Both the position numbers and the translations under genes were made by a program. Positions 1 through 10,073 of a stretch of 64,000 nt of DNA are shown here, one piece after another. This DNA is from a virus. Within the stretch, counting starts at the first letter, position 1; each line of letters begins with the position of its first letter. Location of the stretch: IMG/VR virus record IMGVR_UViG_3300048919_000265; one strand, given 5' to 3'. The notes beneath the pieces were generated by a model. It saw only the letters and a program-made list of their open reading frames with translations. It was not told the DNA's origin and did no database searches.

Positions 1-873
1 GTCTCTAATCCCCAAAAGCCGCTTACTGCTACTACTATCATATAGTCGTACTACCTTAACAGAGTTCTTGTACTGCCTCTTAAACATCGCGAACAATATG
101 TTTATGAATGAATTCAAATGATGTAGTTCTTGGTACTCCTTTAGATATATTATCATAGGTCGTTGCGGATACTTGCTCAACGGCACCTTATCATAAACGT
201 CTCTAGCAAGTATAGGTTCAAATTGCTTTAAACTTCTATTGAGATGTCTAGCATTTGCTATTATCTCTAAGTAGGCGTTTTCTAGCACCTCGTCATACTC
301 TGTCAACTGCTGCAACGACAGTTTCAGTTGTTGCGATAGCTCTTCTTGTACTTCTAATTTGTGATATGTGCTCCTTTGAATTGCGTACAAGGAAATGAGA
401 TTTTCAGATAGTCTTCTTATTTCTTCGGACTGATCTGGATCTTGTAGTAACCTAAAGGCTATCTGTTCTCCTTCAGAGCTAATCTTAGTTTCCTCTAAAT
501 ATCGGGCTTGCATCAACGGATCTTCGAAAATAATCCCATACATCATGTCATAATCCAACAATGTAGGATCCATTCTATAAGTTTTAGCAATATGCGACAC
601 CGATGATAACAAAGTGTCATCCAATCCAATATAAACATACTTCAATCCAAGGATATCTTTATATAGTTCCAAGTCTGAATATGCTTGGGACTTCCTCAGA
701 AAATCTTCCAATATAACCACAGTAGTAGTCTTCTCCAATATTTTAGAAGAAATTTCCCTCAAAGTATTAACGATCTTGACATCGTATGCAGCCAAGTCCG
801 CCACGTTTGTTTTCATACGACTACGTGTAAATGTATCAACCAGTAAAATAACATTAAATGATGCAGTGTCCAT
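1..873 (-). CDS. Hypothetical protein, 3' end beyond window (MDTASFNVILLVDTFTRSRM...)
   Basis: Not in the ORF track. Translated by hand from ATG at 873, which overlaps the upstream TAA (TAATG) and follows the RBS GAGGTGAGG. Open for 291 codons to the window edge, with a coiled-coil-like middle. Confidence 0.8.
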   Translation of the reverse strand, partial: MDTASFNVILLVDTFTRSRMKTNVADLAAYDVKIVNTLREISSKILEKTTTVVILEDFLRKSQAYSDLELYKDILGLKYVYIGLDDTLLSSVSHIAKTYRMDPTLLDYDMMYGIIFEDPLMQARYLEETKISSEGEQIAFRLLQDPDQSEEIRRLSENLISLYAIQRSTYHKLEVQEELSQQLKLSLQQLTEYDEVLENAYLEIIANARHLNRSLKQFEPILARDVYDKVPLSKYPQRPMIIYLKEYQELHHLNSFINILFAMFKRQYKNSVKVVRLYDSSSSKRLLGIRD

Positions 874-2192
874 TACCTCACCTCAAAGAAAGAGTCATAC
901 AACTTAGAAGTCAAATCAAAATGACTTATATTTACTTTTGCTATCCTATCTATATTACGAATGCTAGCTTTAATATCCTCAACCGACACTAAACTATAAT
1001 GCTGCTGAAAATTTATGTGTTCTGTTAACACTAAGTCTGCTTTAGAAACAACTGAAAATAAATCCGACGCTTCTGTTATATCAACGGCACTACTAGTCGA
1101 GGTCAATAACACCTTGCACTTGTTTCTCTTAATAATTTCATATGCAATACAGAAATCTGTCTGACTCACATCAATTAAGAGTAAATCACAATTAAACCTA
1201 GATATATTAGCTAACACATGCCTTAGTACATGAAATCTAAGTTTATAATCAAACTCACTCAAAATTGATATAGTGGATTCCTGCGTAACTGATTCTCCTA
1301 GCAATACTTTTTGAATATCATGATTCTCAAACGGAACTCTAGCACTTTCTAAAATATAGGACAACCCCTTATTTTTAGTAAGGTCCAATAATAAACTTTT
1401 TATATTTTTAGTTGCAGCAGAGGTTGCGGCCGCAGCAACAAATGTAGTAATTCCGCTTTTGGATAGTCCGCTAACTAAGCCCATTGTCACTTTCTGTGTT
1501 GGTTCAAAAAACGAAACACTGCCTAAGTCTACATCGACCTTATCTGGAAAATATGTCCTAGCATCCTCGACTAATATCTCTCCTGACTCGGCAGCTAGAA
1601 CATTGTCTTGCATTTCTACATAATTTGTTACTTTCCTATAACTAAAAGGTTCGATAATAGCTAATTCAGTATCTTCAGCTTCATACGCATAATTGGAGTC
1701 ATTACCTCGTTCTACACGGTAAACACTTTTAAATGTGTTGCTGACACGAAGCTCTTCTGTTATACCTAATAGAGAATTGTAAAGATCACCGAAACTTAAC
1801 TTATCATTTGATATTTTTAAATTGAAATTTGGAGTGCGTAAAAATGTACTACTAGCAGCCTGAATTGGCACTTCATCCATAACAAATTTTATGAATTCTA
1901 CACCTTCAACTGGCACCTCCGATTTAGAAACGAAAAATATTACCTCAGCTACATTAAAATATGAACTACCCAGTAACAACTCCTGTAAGATTTGCATGTC
2001 TTCACGTACATTCATATTAACACTGTTATACACATAAACAAGTTTATCTATGCGATAAATATTATTCTTTAGTTCTGAAGTTTTTCTATATAACGACTCC
2101 TCCATGTATTTAACATCGAGAGAACCTCGATCGTTTAAGAATTTACCTAACTTCTGTGTGTCCTCACCCGCAACTAACATCAAGCTTATCAT
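873..2192 (-). CDS. CpaE/TadZ/MinD-like P-loop protein with degenerate N-terminal receiver-like domain
   Basis: Deviant Walker A region GLVSGLSKSGITTF followed by SLLLDL, and later DLLLIDVS, as in the MinD/ParA/CpaE family. RBS AAGGAG. Confidence 0.55.
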   Translation of the reverse strand: MISLMLVAGEDTQKLGKFLNDRGSLDVKYMEESLYRKTSELKNNIYRIDKLVYVYNSVNMNVREDMQILQELLLGSSYFNVAEVIFFVSKSEVPVEGVEFIKFVMDEVPIQAASSTFLRTPNFNLKISNDKLSFGDLYNSLLGITEELRVSNTFKSVYRVERGNDSNYAYEAEDTELAIIEPFSYRKVTNYVEMQDNVLAAESGEILVEDARTYFPDKVDVDLGSVSFFEPTQKVTMGLVSGLSKSGITTFVAAAATSAATKNIKSLLLDLTKNKGLSYILESARVPFENHDIQKVLLGESVTQESTISILSEFDYKLRFHVLRHVLANISRFNCDLLLIDVSQTDFCIAYEIIKRNKCKVLLTSTSSAVDITEASDLFSVVSKADLVLTEHINFQQHYSLVSVEDIKASIRNIDRIAKVNISHFDLTSKLYDSFFEVR

Positions 2193-2233
2193 ATTATCTC
2201 TCCTTATATTGTTCTAAGTATGTAGGGGAGGAA

Positions 2234-3223
2234 CTAATCCCTCCTATTAATTTTTACCCCAACTTCAACTGATTTAGCAAAATCATCATCCACAACAGTT
2301 CTAGATCTCCCATTCATTGCCACAACTTTATAAACGTTAACTATATCTTTTGTAGAATTATCCAAGTCTGCTCCGTCTCTTGCTCGAAGTATTGATAAAT
2401 CTATAGCCTCCAATCCGTAAAATTCCCGTAAATACTCAATGAACTCTTCTACATTCATATAATCTGTACTACGAAAACAGGTAGGACCTTCTTTCAATAT
2501 CCGCTTAATGTCTTGAAAGACAGTGCCCAACTCATATCTTTGATAATTAGATTTTGTACGAATTTGCAAATGCATGATATTAACAATAGAAACGTCTTCA
2601 CTATAATCTAATGCCGCTTGCACTATGTCTAACAGTGGTCGAGCTAACTTTTTATCTGGTATTTTCCTTAATTTTTCAATATAACTTGTGGCCTCAGGAG
2701 AAGTGCTAAACTTCTCCGAGGATGTTGTGGTTCTGTACTCTAAATTGTAATTGCCCAAGAGTCTAAATATCTTTTCCATCGCTTTCCTAGTTCGTGCCGA
2801 TTTAATATCATTATTAGAACCAAATCTAAACTTAAGAATCACCATGTTCGACCCATTCGAAAACTCAAACACGGGAATAGATTCCTCTGAAGTAATTTGT
2901 ATTTGGTCACCCGAACTAATATTGCGAAGATAAAAGAACTTAGAAAAGGAATCAGAATTATATCCTTCATACTCTCGTATTTTTTCGTCTTCCTTAAATT
3001 CAAATATCCTTATAACAAACAAACCTATAATGAAAAAGATTATTAACTGCAAGATGATTGGTATAGACCAATGCACACCCACAGAACTGAAGGTCGGAAC
3101 CGTAAAAAATGCTATAAATCCATTTAACATTAAAGATAATAAGATTGTTAATTTAACCTTATCCCGACCTACCACCTTGCTCGCCTCGGAAGACGTTTTA
3201 TGCACATCTTCTGCGAACTTCAC
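2234..3223 (-). CDS. Membrane protein (2 N-terminal TM segments plus cytoplasmic domain)
   Basis: Two hydrophobic stretches in about aa 25-75, then a soluble domain. RBS GGAGG. Confidence 0.7.
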   Translation of the reverse strand: MKFAEDVHKTSSEASKVVGRDKVKLTILLSLMLNGFIAFFTVPTFSSVGVHWSIPIILQLIIFFIIGLFVIRIFEFKEDEKIREYEGYNSDSFSKFFYLRNISSGDQIQITSEESIPVFEFSNGSNMVILKFRFGSNNDIKSARTRKAMEKIFRLLGNYNLEYRTTTSSEKFSTSPEATSYIEKLRKIPDKKLARPLLDIVQAALDYSEDVSIVNIMHLQIRTKSNYQRYELGTVFQDIKRILKEGPTCFRSTDYMNVEEFIEYLREFYGLEAIDLSILRARDGADLDNSTKDIVNVYKVVAMNGRSRTVVDDDFAKSVEVGVKINRRD

Positions 3224-3235
3224 ACTTCCAACCTC

Positions 3236-6200
3236 CTAATTCTTATAACGTTTAATATCTTCCTCTAAGGCCCCGTGCGTGAAATCATTGCCGCTATCCG
3301 ATTTACTTATCTCCGAGCTAGCAGAAACATAGGTCTCAGTTCTAATAGGTTTTCTGTTTCTGCGTAAAGTCCTACGAATATACTCATCATCCACAGCAGC
3401 ATCTTCCATCTCGCTAAGTGATATACTTAGATCATAACGATTAGTTTGATCTTGTGGAACTGCAACTACTTCCTCATTTTTATTAAAAATGTTAGTTGTT
3501 TTAACTTTGAGGTTATCCACCACTTCACCTAAGTGCACCTTATCAAGCAACCACTTTAACTTATCATTAATTTTTGAATTCCCCATCTCCGTCCAGTTAA
3601 ATATAATAGCGGATACAATTTGAGAAAGGATAAACAAAATTAAACCAAAGATTATGCACAAGCCATAAATAACCACATAAATATTGAAATACGTTGATGC
3701 CCCTAAACTCCATACAAAAACAGTAAAACATAGCAACAATATCAAACTAACTTTTATATACCCAGCCAAAGCAGGCCATACCTTTTCACCTGCCACATAC
3801 CTACCTATCAATAGAAGACCTAGACCGATGTATAACACAGGGACAAGAAATTGTGTGCACAATACAATCAAAAATGCAAACAATAATACAAGTAGAAACA
3901 CTAACAGAGTAAAAATATCAGTTTCATTTGCCACATATGTAGCGACATCCATATCCTCTGCTATAAATCTACTGTAATCATCTGTCATTGCAGCCAGCAT
4001 TACATCCTTCATAGTAAATTCTTGATAGTTCAAAGAAAAAGGATATAGCCAGTTCGCATACTCGCTTGCTTTTTGATTCAGAATCGTTGTAGCGTAAATA
4101 GATATTATTTTAATTAAATTCTCGTCAGACATCATCCCAACTTGCGGCTTAAAATCAATAATAAACTTCTTAGTTTGATAATTAACATCTGTTATCAAAT
4201 TGCGATATTTTTCTTTACTCTCCTGTGTGTTGGACAAAAATCCGTTCTGCTCTAGGGTTTGATACCATAGGGTTTCCTTAACTTCTGGAGTTGGTTTGCT
4301 TATTATTTCATTTAACCCCAAGAAATCCCCTGGTGTTTGGAATACAGACTTTAGTTTCGCTAATTCTTCAGGACTAGCGCCATCATTCGCCTTACTGAAA
4401 TCCTCTGGGGTAAGAAACGGTATGCTATTAATATAACTATAGACAACGAAACTGTCCTTCTCTAGTCCATCTTTGTACTTAGTACTATGCTTTGGTATAT
4501 TGTATACCTCTAATAACTTGTTCAGTGTTCCAGTAAAACCATCAACTACTTCATAATAAGGAGTATAATAATCTAAAACTGAGCTATTCATCTTCTGTGC
4601 CGTATAAACATAGCGACTAGTTCCTTGATCAGGATCGTAAGCCCCTGTTATTGGATTATTAGCCATGAGAGTGTCCACATTAACTTTCAATGTATCGCCC
4701 TCTAAGTAAATCCCGTTCTTAGAATCCAACATAGTTACTTTACCAGAAGATAATTCCCTAACTGATAACTTATATCTGTCCGCAACAGTCTGCAAATCTT
4801 TATCAGACAGCTTATACAGATTCAAACTTGTGGTAGAAATACTTAACTTACCATCAGGTCCAATTGTTCCATCTTTACCATACGTGGTAGCATACTTTTC
4901 AGCTTTAGTAGCAAGTACCTGATAAGACAAGTTTTTGCTAATATTGTTAGCTGCTAAGTTATACACTCCTGGTAAATACACAGGAAACACTCTAATAAAG
5001 AGGAATATAGTTGTAGCAGCAAACACTGAGAAAATCAGCATGTACAATAAAGTCATACGCATCCTCATAAACTTCACTAATAATATTAGTGCTAATAACA
5101 CGAATACATACCAAAAATAATCTCTAACAACCGTCATAACCTTACCAAGAATAGGATCTTGATACTGATTCTTTATACCTAAAACCCCATCAACTTTACC
5201 TAAAGACTCTAATATGTCCCTAGAAAATTTAACGAAGTTACGCTTAAATCGATTATACTCGTCATCACTCATTTTGGTATAAGACTCTGTCATATTTCTA
5301 TCATAGGCTGAAGCATAAATACTTCCTCCTAATCCTTCCACCAAAATGTTACGAAATATATAATCTTCTCTAAGTCTACCGTTGAAGTTAGCACTCTCGC
5401 TATTTCCACTATTTATATACGACCAATACATATTATAAGCTATCAAATTACGAAGGCTTCTATTAGTATCTTGTGAAGTCGTATACGGAAACACTGGTAC
5501 TTTATTAGGCAAGACTGCGGAATTTATTACAACTGCCCGCATATCATCCGTGTAAAAATTTAACATCCCTGCACGTCTGTCCCACCATCCTGGAATACCT
5601 GCTTCACTTCTTGCTAACATTGGAGATTTGCCTTGCCCAACATCAACAAAATCCCTATAAATTGCAATTGATTGTTTAGCATGACTAATGGATAGGTTTT
5701 GATCCCCTTGAACATTAATGAATATAGGCTTCGAATCTAATGATTCCCCTTCAGTCATCAACAGAAACTTACCTTCATCTTGCGGACTACCTAATTTTAA
5801 ATCCTTAGATCCTTCTGGTATGTAAATAGAAGGATAACCATTCATAAATGCTACAGTATATGGATTATACCCCATCGTCTCGTCATACAGCATTGGATTA
5901 GCAGCAGCTGGAATAATTATCATATTATCATCTGCAACAATATCTCCAAATGCATTAATGAATACAGACCTACTATCAGCGTGCTCTATATTAGCGGCTG
6001 TTATATTCTGTTTTATAAAATTCTTTAATAATGCAAGTCCTGTTATAGGATATCCATCGGCATACCCAAACTCAAACAAGGAAGAAGTCCAATCAGTAGA
6101 ATTAACTTGTTCATCTGCCATAGTTACTACAGGTTTAACTGCTTCTCCAGCCGTTAAATTGGTCGGAGTAGTTGAAGGCTGAACAGCTTCTGTAGTTTTA

Positions 6201-7612
6201 GCAGTAGCGGAATCCTCTGTAGCATCTTCTCCAGTTTCTGTCGTTTTTGTAGCAGTCTCTGCTGTATTGCTCTCCTGAGTTTGTTGTTGTTGCTGAGCTT
6301 GCTGCTGTTGCCAGTTAACTGAATTCTCCTTGTAAAATCCCCATGAATTTGCATCGTCCCCAACCTGTTTAAAATCTCCTCTATGGGTTACAAATCCAGA
6401 CACATCTTCAGAATCCACTCTATTTATGAATTCCTTAATCGTCAATCTTTTGCCACTTCCCGCATAGGTTGGAAAACTCGCCTTATCAGTAGAGGCATCC
6501 CCAAAAACTGAATCCCACCAACCGGCATCCTCAATGACATATAGCGGCTTACGATAGTCTTTCAATTGGTTATACAAATTCAATATCTTTTTAGATTTAG
6601 TAGCATCTCCCGAAGTCAGATATGCTAAGGCATCCAAGTACTCTTTATCACCAGCGTGGCTAGAGAAAGGCTTGTAGACGGAAGTAGCTGCAATCATGGC
6701 AACATAAGTATCTCGCAATTTAAATTTATTATCCCCATCACCATGTCCTACGGTTGGTTTCCACGCATCAGCTTCGTAATCTGTAACTGAAGCCCCTTCT
6801 TTTGGTTCTACCCATGCTAACTTCTGGATGCTCTTCACAGCACTGTCGTCATAATCGACATTACCAACTTGCACACTTTCTTCTTCCGATAACTGCTTAC
6901 CTTTATCCAATAACTCCGAATATTTTGAGTTACTAATTATACTATTAGCAGCTGTACTAGAAGTTAAGACCGAGGTAGGATCATTATCCATTGTGTTACT
7001 ATCTGTACCTAGCATTGCTTGCATTTCTGCCTGTTCTTGAGTCAATACCTGTAACACACTATAAATGTACCGCAGATTATCTTTGTTATCTGCAATAAAT
7101 TTTTCCGAATCCGCACCTGCCTGGTCATACTCAGCTCTAAATGTTTTTAATACTTCCTCTAAATAGTCAGGCACAGTCGAATTCAAATATTGACTAACAG
7201 CCTTATTAAATCCGCTTGTACCGCCAGTGCCAACAGAAAGCTTCAGCGCTTTATAGTAAAACTTTTCATCGGCTGCAGCTGTTGAATCCTTTGAATATCG
7301 AAGATTAAACTCTGAGTAATTCTGTATTAACTCATCTCGATAAATTTTCTTCTCTGCTTCACTAAATTCTAGGCTAGGAGCTTTAGTCATTAATTCGGTC
7401 CATCTAGTAGATAGCGTTAAGTAGTAGAGATTATACAAGAGACCATATTGCCCCTCATACTTATTCTCAAATGCAGAATTATATCCCTTTATTTTACTTA
7501 CAATCATCCATTTTAGATCTTCCGTATTTGTGGGATCAGCCCTACCAACCGGTAATGGAACACTCATAATAAGAATACATATAGAAAGGAGCACCACCAT
7601 AACCTTTCTCAT
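3236..7612 (-). CDS. Large exported polytopic membrane protein (1458 aa), function unknown
   Basis: Signal peptide MRKVMVVLLSICILIMSVPLPVGRA; hydrophobic clusters near aa 840-885 and 1235-1345; Q/T/E low-complexity linker. Confidence 0.75.
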   Translation of the reverse strand: MRKVMVVLLSICILIMSVPLPVGRADPTNTEDLKWMIVSKIKGYNSAFENKYEGQYGLLYNLYYLTLSTRWTELMTKAPSLEFSEAEKKIYRDELIQNYSEFNLRYSKDSTAAADEKFYYKALKLSVGTGGTSGFNKAVSQYLNSTVPDYLEEVLKTFRAEYDQAGADSEKFIADNKDNLRYIYSVLQVLTQEQAEMQAMLGTDSNTMDNDPTSVLTSSTAANSIISNSKYSELLDKGKQLSEEESVQVGNVDYDDSAVKSIQKLAWVEPKEGASVTDYEADAWKPTVGHGDGDNKFKLRDTYVAMIAATSVYKPFSSHAGDKEYLDALAYLTSGDATKSKKILNLYNQLKDYRKPLYVIEDAGWWDSVFGDASTDKASFPTYAGSGKRLTIKEFINRVDSEDVSGFVTHRGDFKQVGDDANSWGFYKENSVNWQQQQAQQQQQTQESNTAETATKTTETGEDATEDSATAKTTEAVQPSTTPTNLTAGEAVKPVVTMADEQVNSTDWTSSLFEFGYADGYPITGLALLKNFIKQNITAANIEHADSRSVFINAFGDIVADDNMIIIPAAANPMLYDETMGYNPYTVAFMNGYPSIYIPEGSKDLKLGSPQDEGKFLLMTEGESLDSKPIFINVQGDQNLSISHAKQSIAIYRDFVDVGQGKSPMLARSEAGIPGWWDRRAGMLNFYTDDMRAVVINSAVLPNKVPVFPYTTSQDTNRSLRNLIAYNMYWSYINSGNSESANFNGRLREDYIFRNILVEGLGGSIYASAYDRNMTESYTKMSDDEYNRFKRNFVKFSRDILESLGKVDGVLGIKNQYQDPILGKVMTVVRDYFWYVFVLLALILLVKFMRMRMTLLYMLIFSVFAATTIFLFIRVFPVYLPGVYNLAANNISKNLSYQVLATKAEKYATTYGKDGTIGPDGKLSISTTSLNLYKLSDKDLQTVADRYKLSVRELSSGKVTMLDSKNGIYLEGDTLKVNVDTLMANNPITGAYDPDQGTSRYVYTAQKMNSSVLDYYTPYYEVVDGFTGTLNKLLEVYNIPKHSTKYKDGLEKDSFVVYSYINSIPFLTPEDFSKANDGASPEELAKLKSVFQTPGDFLGLNEIISKPTPEVKETLWYQTLEQNGFLSNTQESKEKYRNLITDVNYQTKKFIIDFKPQVGMMSDENLIKIISIYATTILNQKASEYANWLYPFSLNYQEFTMKDVMLAAMTDDYSRFIAEDMDVATYVANETDIFTLLVFLLVLLFAFLIVLCTQFLVPVLYIGLGLLLIGRYVAGEKVWPALAGYIKVSLILLLCFTVFVWSLGASTYFNIYVVIYGLCIIFGLILFILSQIVSAIIFNWTEMGNSKINDKLKWLLDKVHLGEVVDNLKVKTTNIFNKNEEVVAVPQDQTNRYDLSISLSEMEDAAVDDEYIRRTLRRNRKPIRTETYVSASSEISKSDSGNDFTHGALEEDIKRYKN
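6160..6310 (-). repeat. Low-complexity poly-Gln and Thr/Glu/Ala-rich linker within the 1458-aa protein
   Basis: QQQQAQQQQQTQESNTAETATKTTETGEDATEDSATAKTTEAVQPSTTPT; (ttg)n/(ctg)n runs at about 6275-6310. Confidence 0.9.
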
Positions 7613-7803
7613 AACATCACCTTACCTCTAATAATCTCTGGTATTTTCAGTATACCTAACCTAATATAATTATGATAGGCATTAAAAGATGCTAATCTAC
7701 TCCTAGCTAAACTTTGGTATGAAGTTGTAATTAATTTCGTAAAATTACTATTTCCTGATGATCTATAACAAAACAAACTTTCTAACCTGCTTAATGCCAT
7801 CAT
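7609..7803 (-). CDS. Small basic hypothetical protein (64 aa)
   Basis: Strong RBS GGAGGG before ATGATG. Fills the gap and overlaps the next start by 4 nt. Confidence 0.55.
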   Translation of the reverse strand: MMALSRLESLFCYRSSGNSNFTKLITTSYQSLARSRLASFNAYHNYIRLGILKIPEIIRGKVML

Positions 7804-7856
7804 TACCCTCCTACAATAAAAATTATATTCAGCGCACAGTTTAACGCCGTATGTAA

Positions 7857-7878
7857 GTTAGGCAGAAACCTGCCTAAC
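7857..7878 (-). terminator. Stem-loop downstream of the 395-aa membrane gene
   Basis: gttaggcag-aaac-ctgcctaac, a perfect 9-bp stem; U-tract is weak. Confidence 0.5.
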
Positions 7879-7883
7879 AAGTG

Positions 7884-9071
7884 TTACTTCTCAGACTTAG
7901 GTACCACAAAGAAGTTAGCATCCGAAATCTTATCTTTACGAACAATAAGATGAATGGTCAAGTTATCACTAGTGCTACCATCCGAAGTCTTAGCTAAGTT
8001 TAAACCCTTCAAGAAATCGTTCTTGATATTAGCAGAAACACTAGAACTTTGTCCGATACTAGTACTATTATTAACAATAAGATCATAGCTAAGGGCACTA
8101 ACATCCGCATCATTTGATACAGTAATTTGGTTCTTTGTACTATCAGCTGCACTTTTTCTTGCTAACTCTTGCAATTTACCATTACTGGAACTATAAGACC
8201 CACCAACAACATTAGTCCAAACCCAGTTTTCTACATTTTTACCTACAACAAGTCTGGAGTCCGTATCCAAGATATTCATGCGGCTAAGAACCTTACCATA
8301 AATATCTCTAGAGATTCTTTCTGCCAATTTACCCGTTTCTGTATTATTTGTACCAATAGTAAACTTATAAGAATCACCTGTACTTAACACGCTATTAACA
8401 TAAGACTCAAAATTAATGTCTACTGCCTTATCAGCAGCGGCAGCTAAAGCATCAACTACTACACCATATGCCTTGGCAAGTGTACCACTATAACCAATTG
8501 CAAAAAAGAAAACCAACAAAACCGTAGGAATGGCAGTTTTCATCATGTAAGTTAATACAGAATCATCATCTTGCAAATTATATGCCATTTTATCGGGATT
8601 ATAATCGGAATAAGCTCTAACATTCGGAAGAAGTCCATAGAAAAATCCGATAATGACGTCGAAACCTACACCTCGATTACCATTATATAAATCACGACCC
8701 ATAGCTCCGAATCCGAAAAATTTATTACCCTTTGCACTGTTTTTCATATCCCATACATTATCAAACAGAGCGCGGCTACTTAAATACAATAATGTAATAA
8801 GCCGTTGATAAAAAACCATGCACAAACCAATCAAACAAAATATACTTATAATTGAGTTCATCAACCAACCAACCCAATTGAATTTGTTTATCACTTCCCA
8901 GGACCCCTGGAAAGATTTAGTCCTAAACAAGTCTGTAATACTTTCTCCTTCTGCATGAATCAGTCCGTGGCTACTACCAAGCAACACGAGACTAATAACC
9001 CCTACAACCATTAAGACAAACATCCTGTCTAAAGTTCTTTGATTGGGGAGAGGCATTGTAGCGCTATACAT
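7884..9071 (-). CDS. Exported/membrane protein (395 aa)
   Basis: N-terminal hydrophobic signal plus further TM segments (WVGWLMNSIISIFCLIGLCMVFY; IPTVLLVFFFAIGY). Confidence 0.7.
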   Translation of the reverse strand: MYSATMPLPNQRTLDRMFVLMVVGVISLVLLGSSHGLIHAEGESITDLFRTKSFQGSWEVINKFNWVGWLMNSIISIFCLIGLCMVFYQRLITLLYLSSRALFDNVWDMKNSAKGNKFFGFGAMGRDLYNGNRGVGFDVIIGFFYGLLPNVRAYSDYNPDKMAYNLQDDDSVLTYMMKTAIPTVLLVFFFAIGYSGTLAKAYGVVVDALAAAADKAVDINFESYVNSVLSTGDSYKFTIGTNNTETGKLAERISRDIYGKVLSRMNILDTDSRLVVGKNVENWVWTNVVGGSYSSSNGKLQELARKSAADSTKNQITVSNDADVSALSYDLIVNNSTSIGQSSSVSANIKNDFLKGLNLAKTSDGSTSDNLTIHLIVRKDKISDANFFVVPKSEK

Positions 9072-9086
9072 CGAGTTTCCTCCCTA

Positions 9087-9431
9087 TCAGATAAATATTA
9101 AGTCGATAACCTTAAATATACTTCCGTTAATCATAAAACAAAAAATTGGGAAGCTAAGAAATGTATACGGAATAGCAAACATAAAATATCGTCCTAAAGT
9201 GATTTTATTTTTACTCTCCAATAATCTTATTAGCCCCAATTTATAAGTTACTTTTTGCAAATACAACAATTTAGTCTCATAACCGGTTCCAGATTCGCGA
9301 ACACTAATATCATTTAACCATTTTTTATCCAAAGACATGTAAAATAGTCCAGAATATAAAACTACTACAGTCACCATTAATCCTAACAAACCCACGATAG
9401 CAGTGACGAGAAAAATAATCTCCAAAATCAT
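9087..9431 (-). CDS. Small membrane protein (114 aa)
   Basis: Two hydrophobic segments; RBS AGGAGG. Confidence 0.7.
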   Translation of the reverse strand: MILEIIFLVTAIVGLLGLMVTVVVLYSGLFYMSLDKKWLNDISVRESGTGYETKLLYLQKVTYKLGLIRLLESKNKITLGRYFMFAIPYTFLSFPIFCFMINGSIFKVIDLIFI

Positions 9432-9437
9432 AACCTC

Positions 9438-10037
9438 CTAATTAAAATATCCTTTAACGATGAATGTTGCCAACACATATGAAATTAACATGAGAGGCAA
9501 TACTAGTTTTCCGTTAACTCGTTCTCCTGGTCTTAGAATTCTTAAAGAGATGTGTGAAATAATTTCTGATAACTTTAGGTTAAGAAATTTTATTCGTTTA
9601 TGCAGTACTATCCTAAGCCAGGCAACTTTTCTTGCAAACATTGTTACAATAGCAAGACCTAACATTGTGTACAATAAATAAGCTACAACATAAATCAAAT
9701 GCTCCTTCCACACTCCCGATACCATACTACCTAAAAATCCTAAACTAATAACACTCGAGAGGAAGGTCTTCCTAAAATAACGCAAAGGCTTTTCTCCCTC
9801 CCATAATCGGTAAGGGTAAGGGAAAGATCTAAAATCAGATCTTTCCCTACAATCAGGAATCATCTTATAACACCACAAATTAAACTTATCCATTGTAGTA
9901 GTGACTCTTCCTTCGTGATATTGCGGATAATATATTCTATCTGGTGTAGAAGTGCCATCATGGCAATAGCGAATACTTATATAAAAATAAGTATAAAATC
10001 TTCTACGCAAGATAAGAAACATGCATAACCCACACAC
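9438..10037 (-). CDS. Membrane protein (199 aa)
   Basis: Several hydrophobic segments; RBS AGGAG before a GTG start. Confidence 0.65.
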   Translation of the reverse strand: MCGLCMFLILRRRFYTYFYISIRYCHDGTSTPDRIYYPQYHEGRVTTTMDKFNLWCYKMIPDCRERSDFRSFPYPYRLWEGEKPLRYFRKTFLSSVISLGFLGSMVSGVWKEHLIYVVAYLLYTMLGLAIVTMFARKVAWLRIVLHKRIKFLNLKLSEIISHISLRILRPGERVNGKLVLPLMLISYVLATFIVKGYFN

Positions 10038-10073
10038 GACCTTAACTCCTAATTCTACGTGATCTAAAATATT

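Noticed and set aside
873-2192. Active ParA partition ATPase
   Set aside because: Walker A lacks the catalytic Lys, there is no adjacent ParB, and a ParM system is already present.
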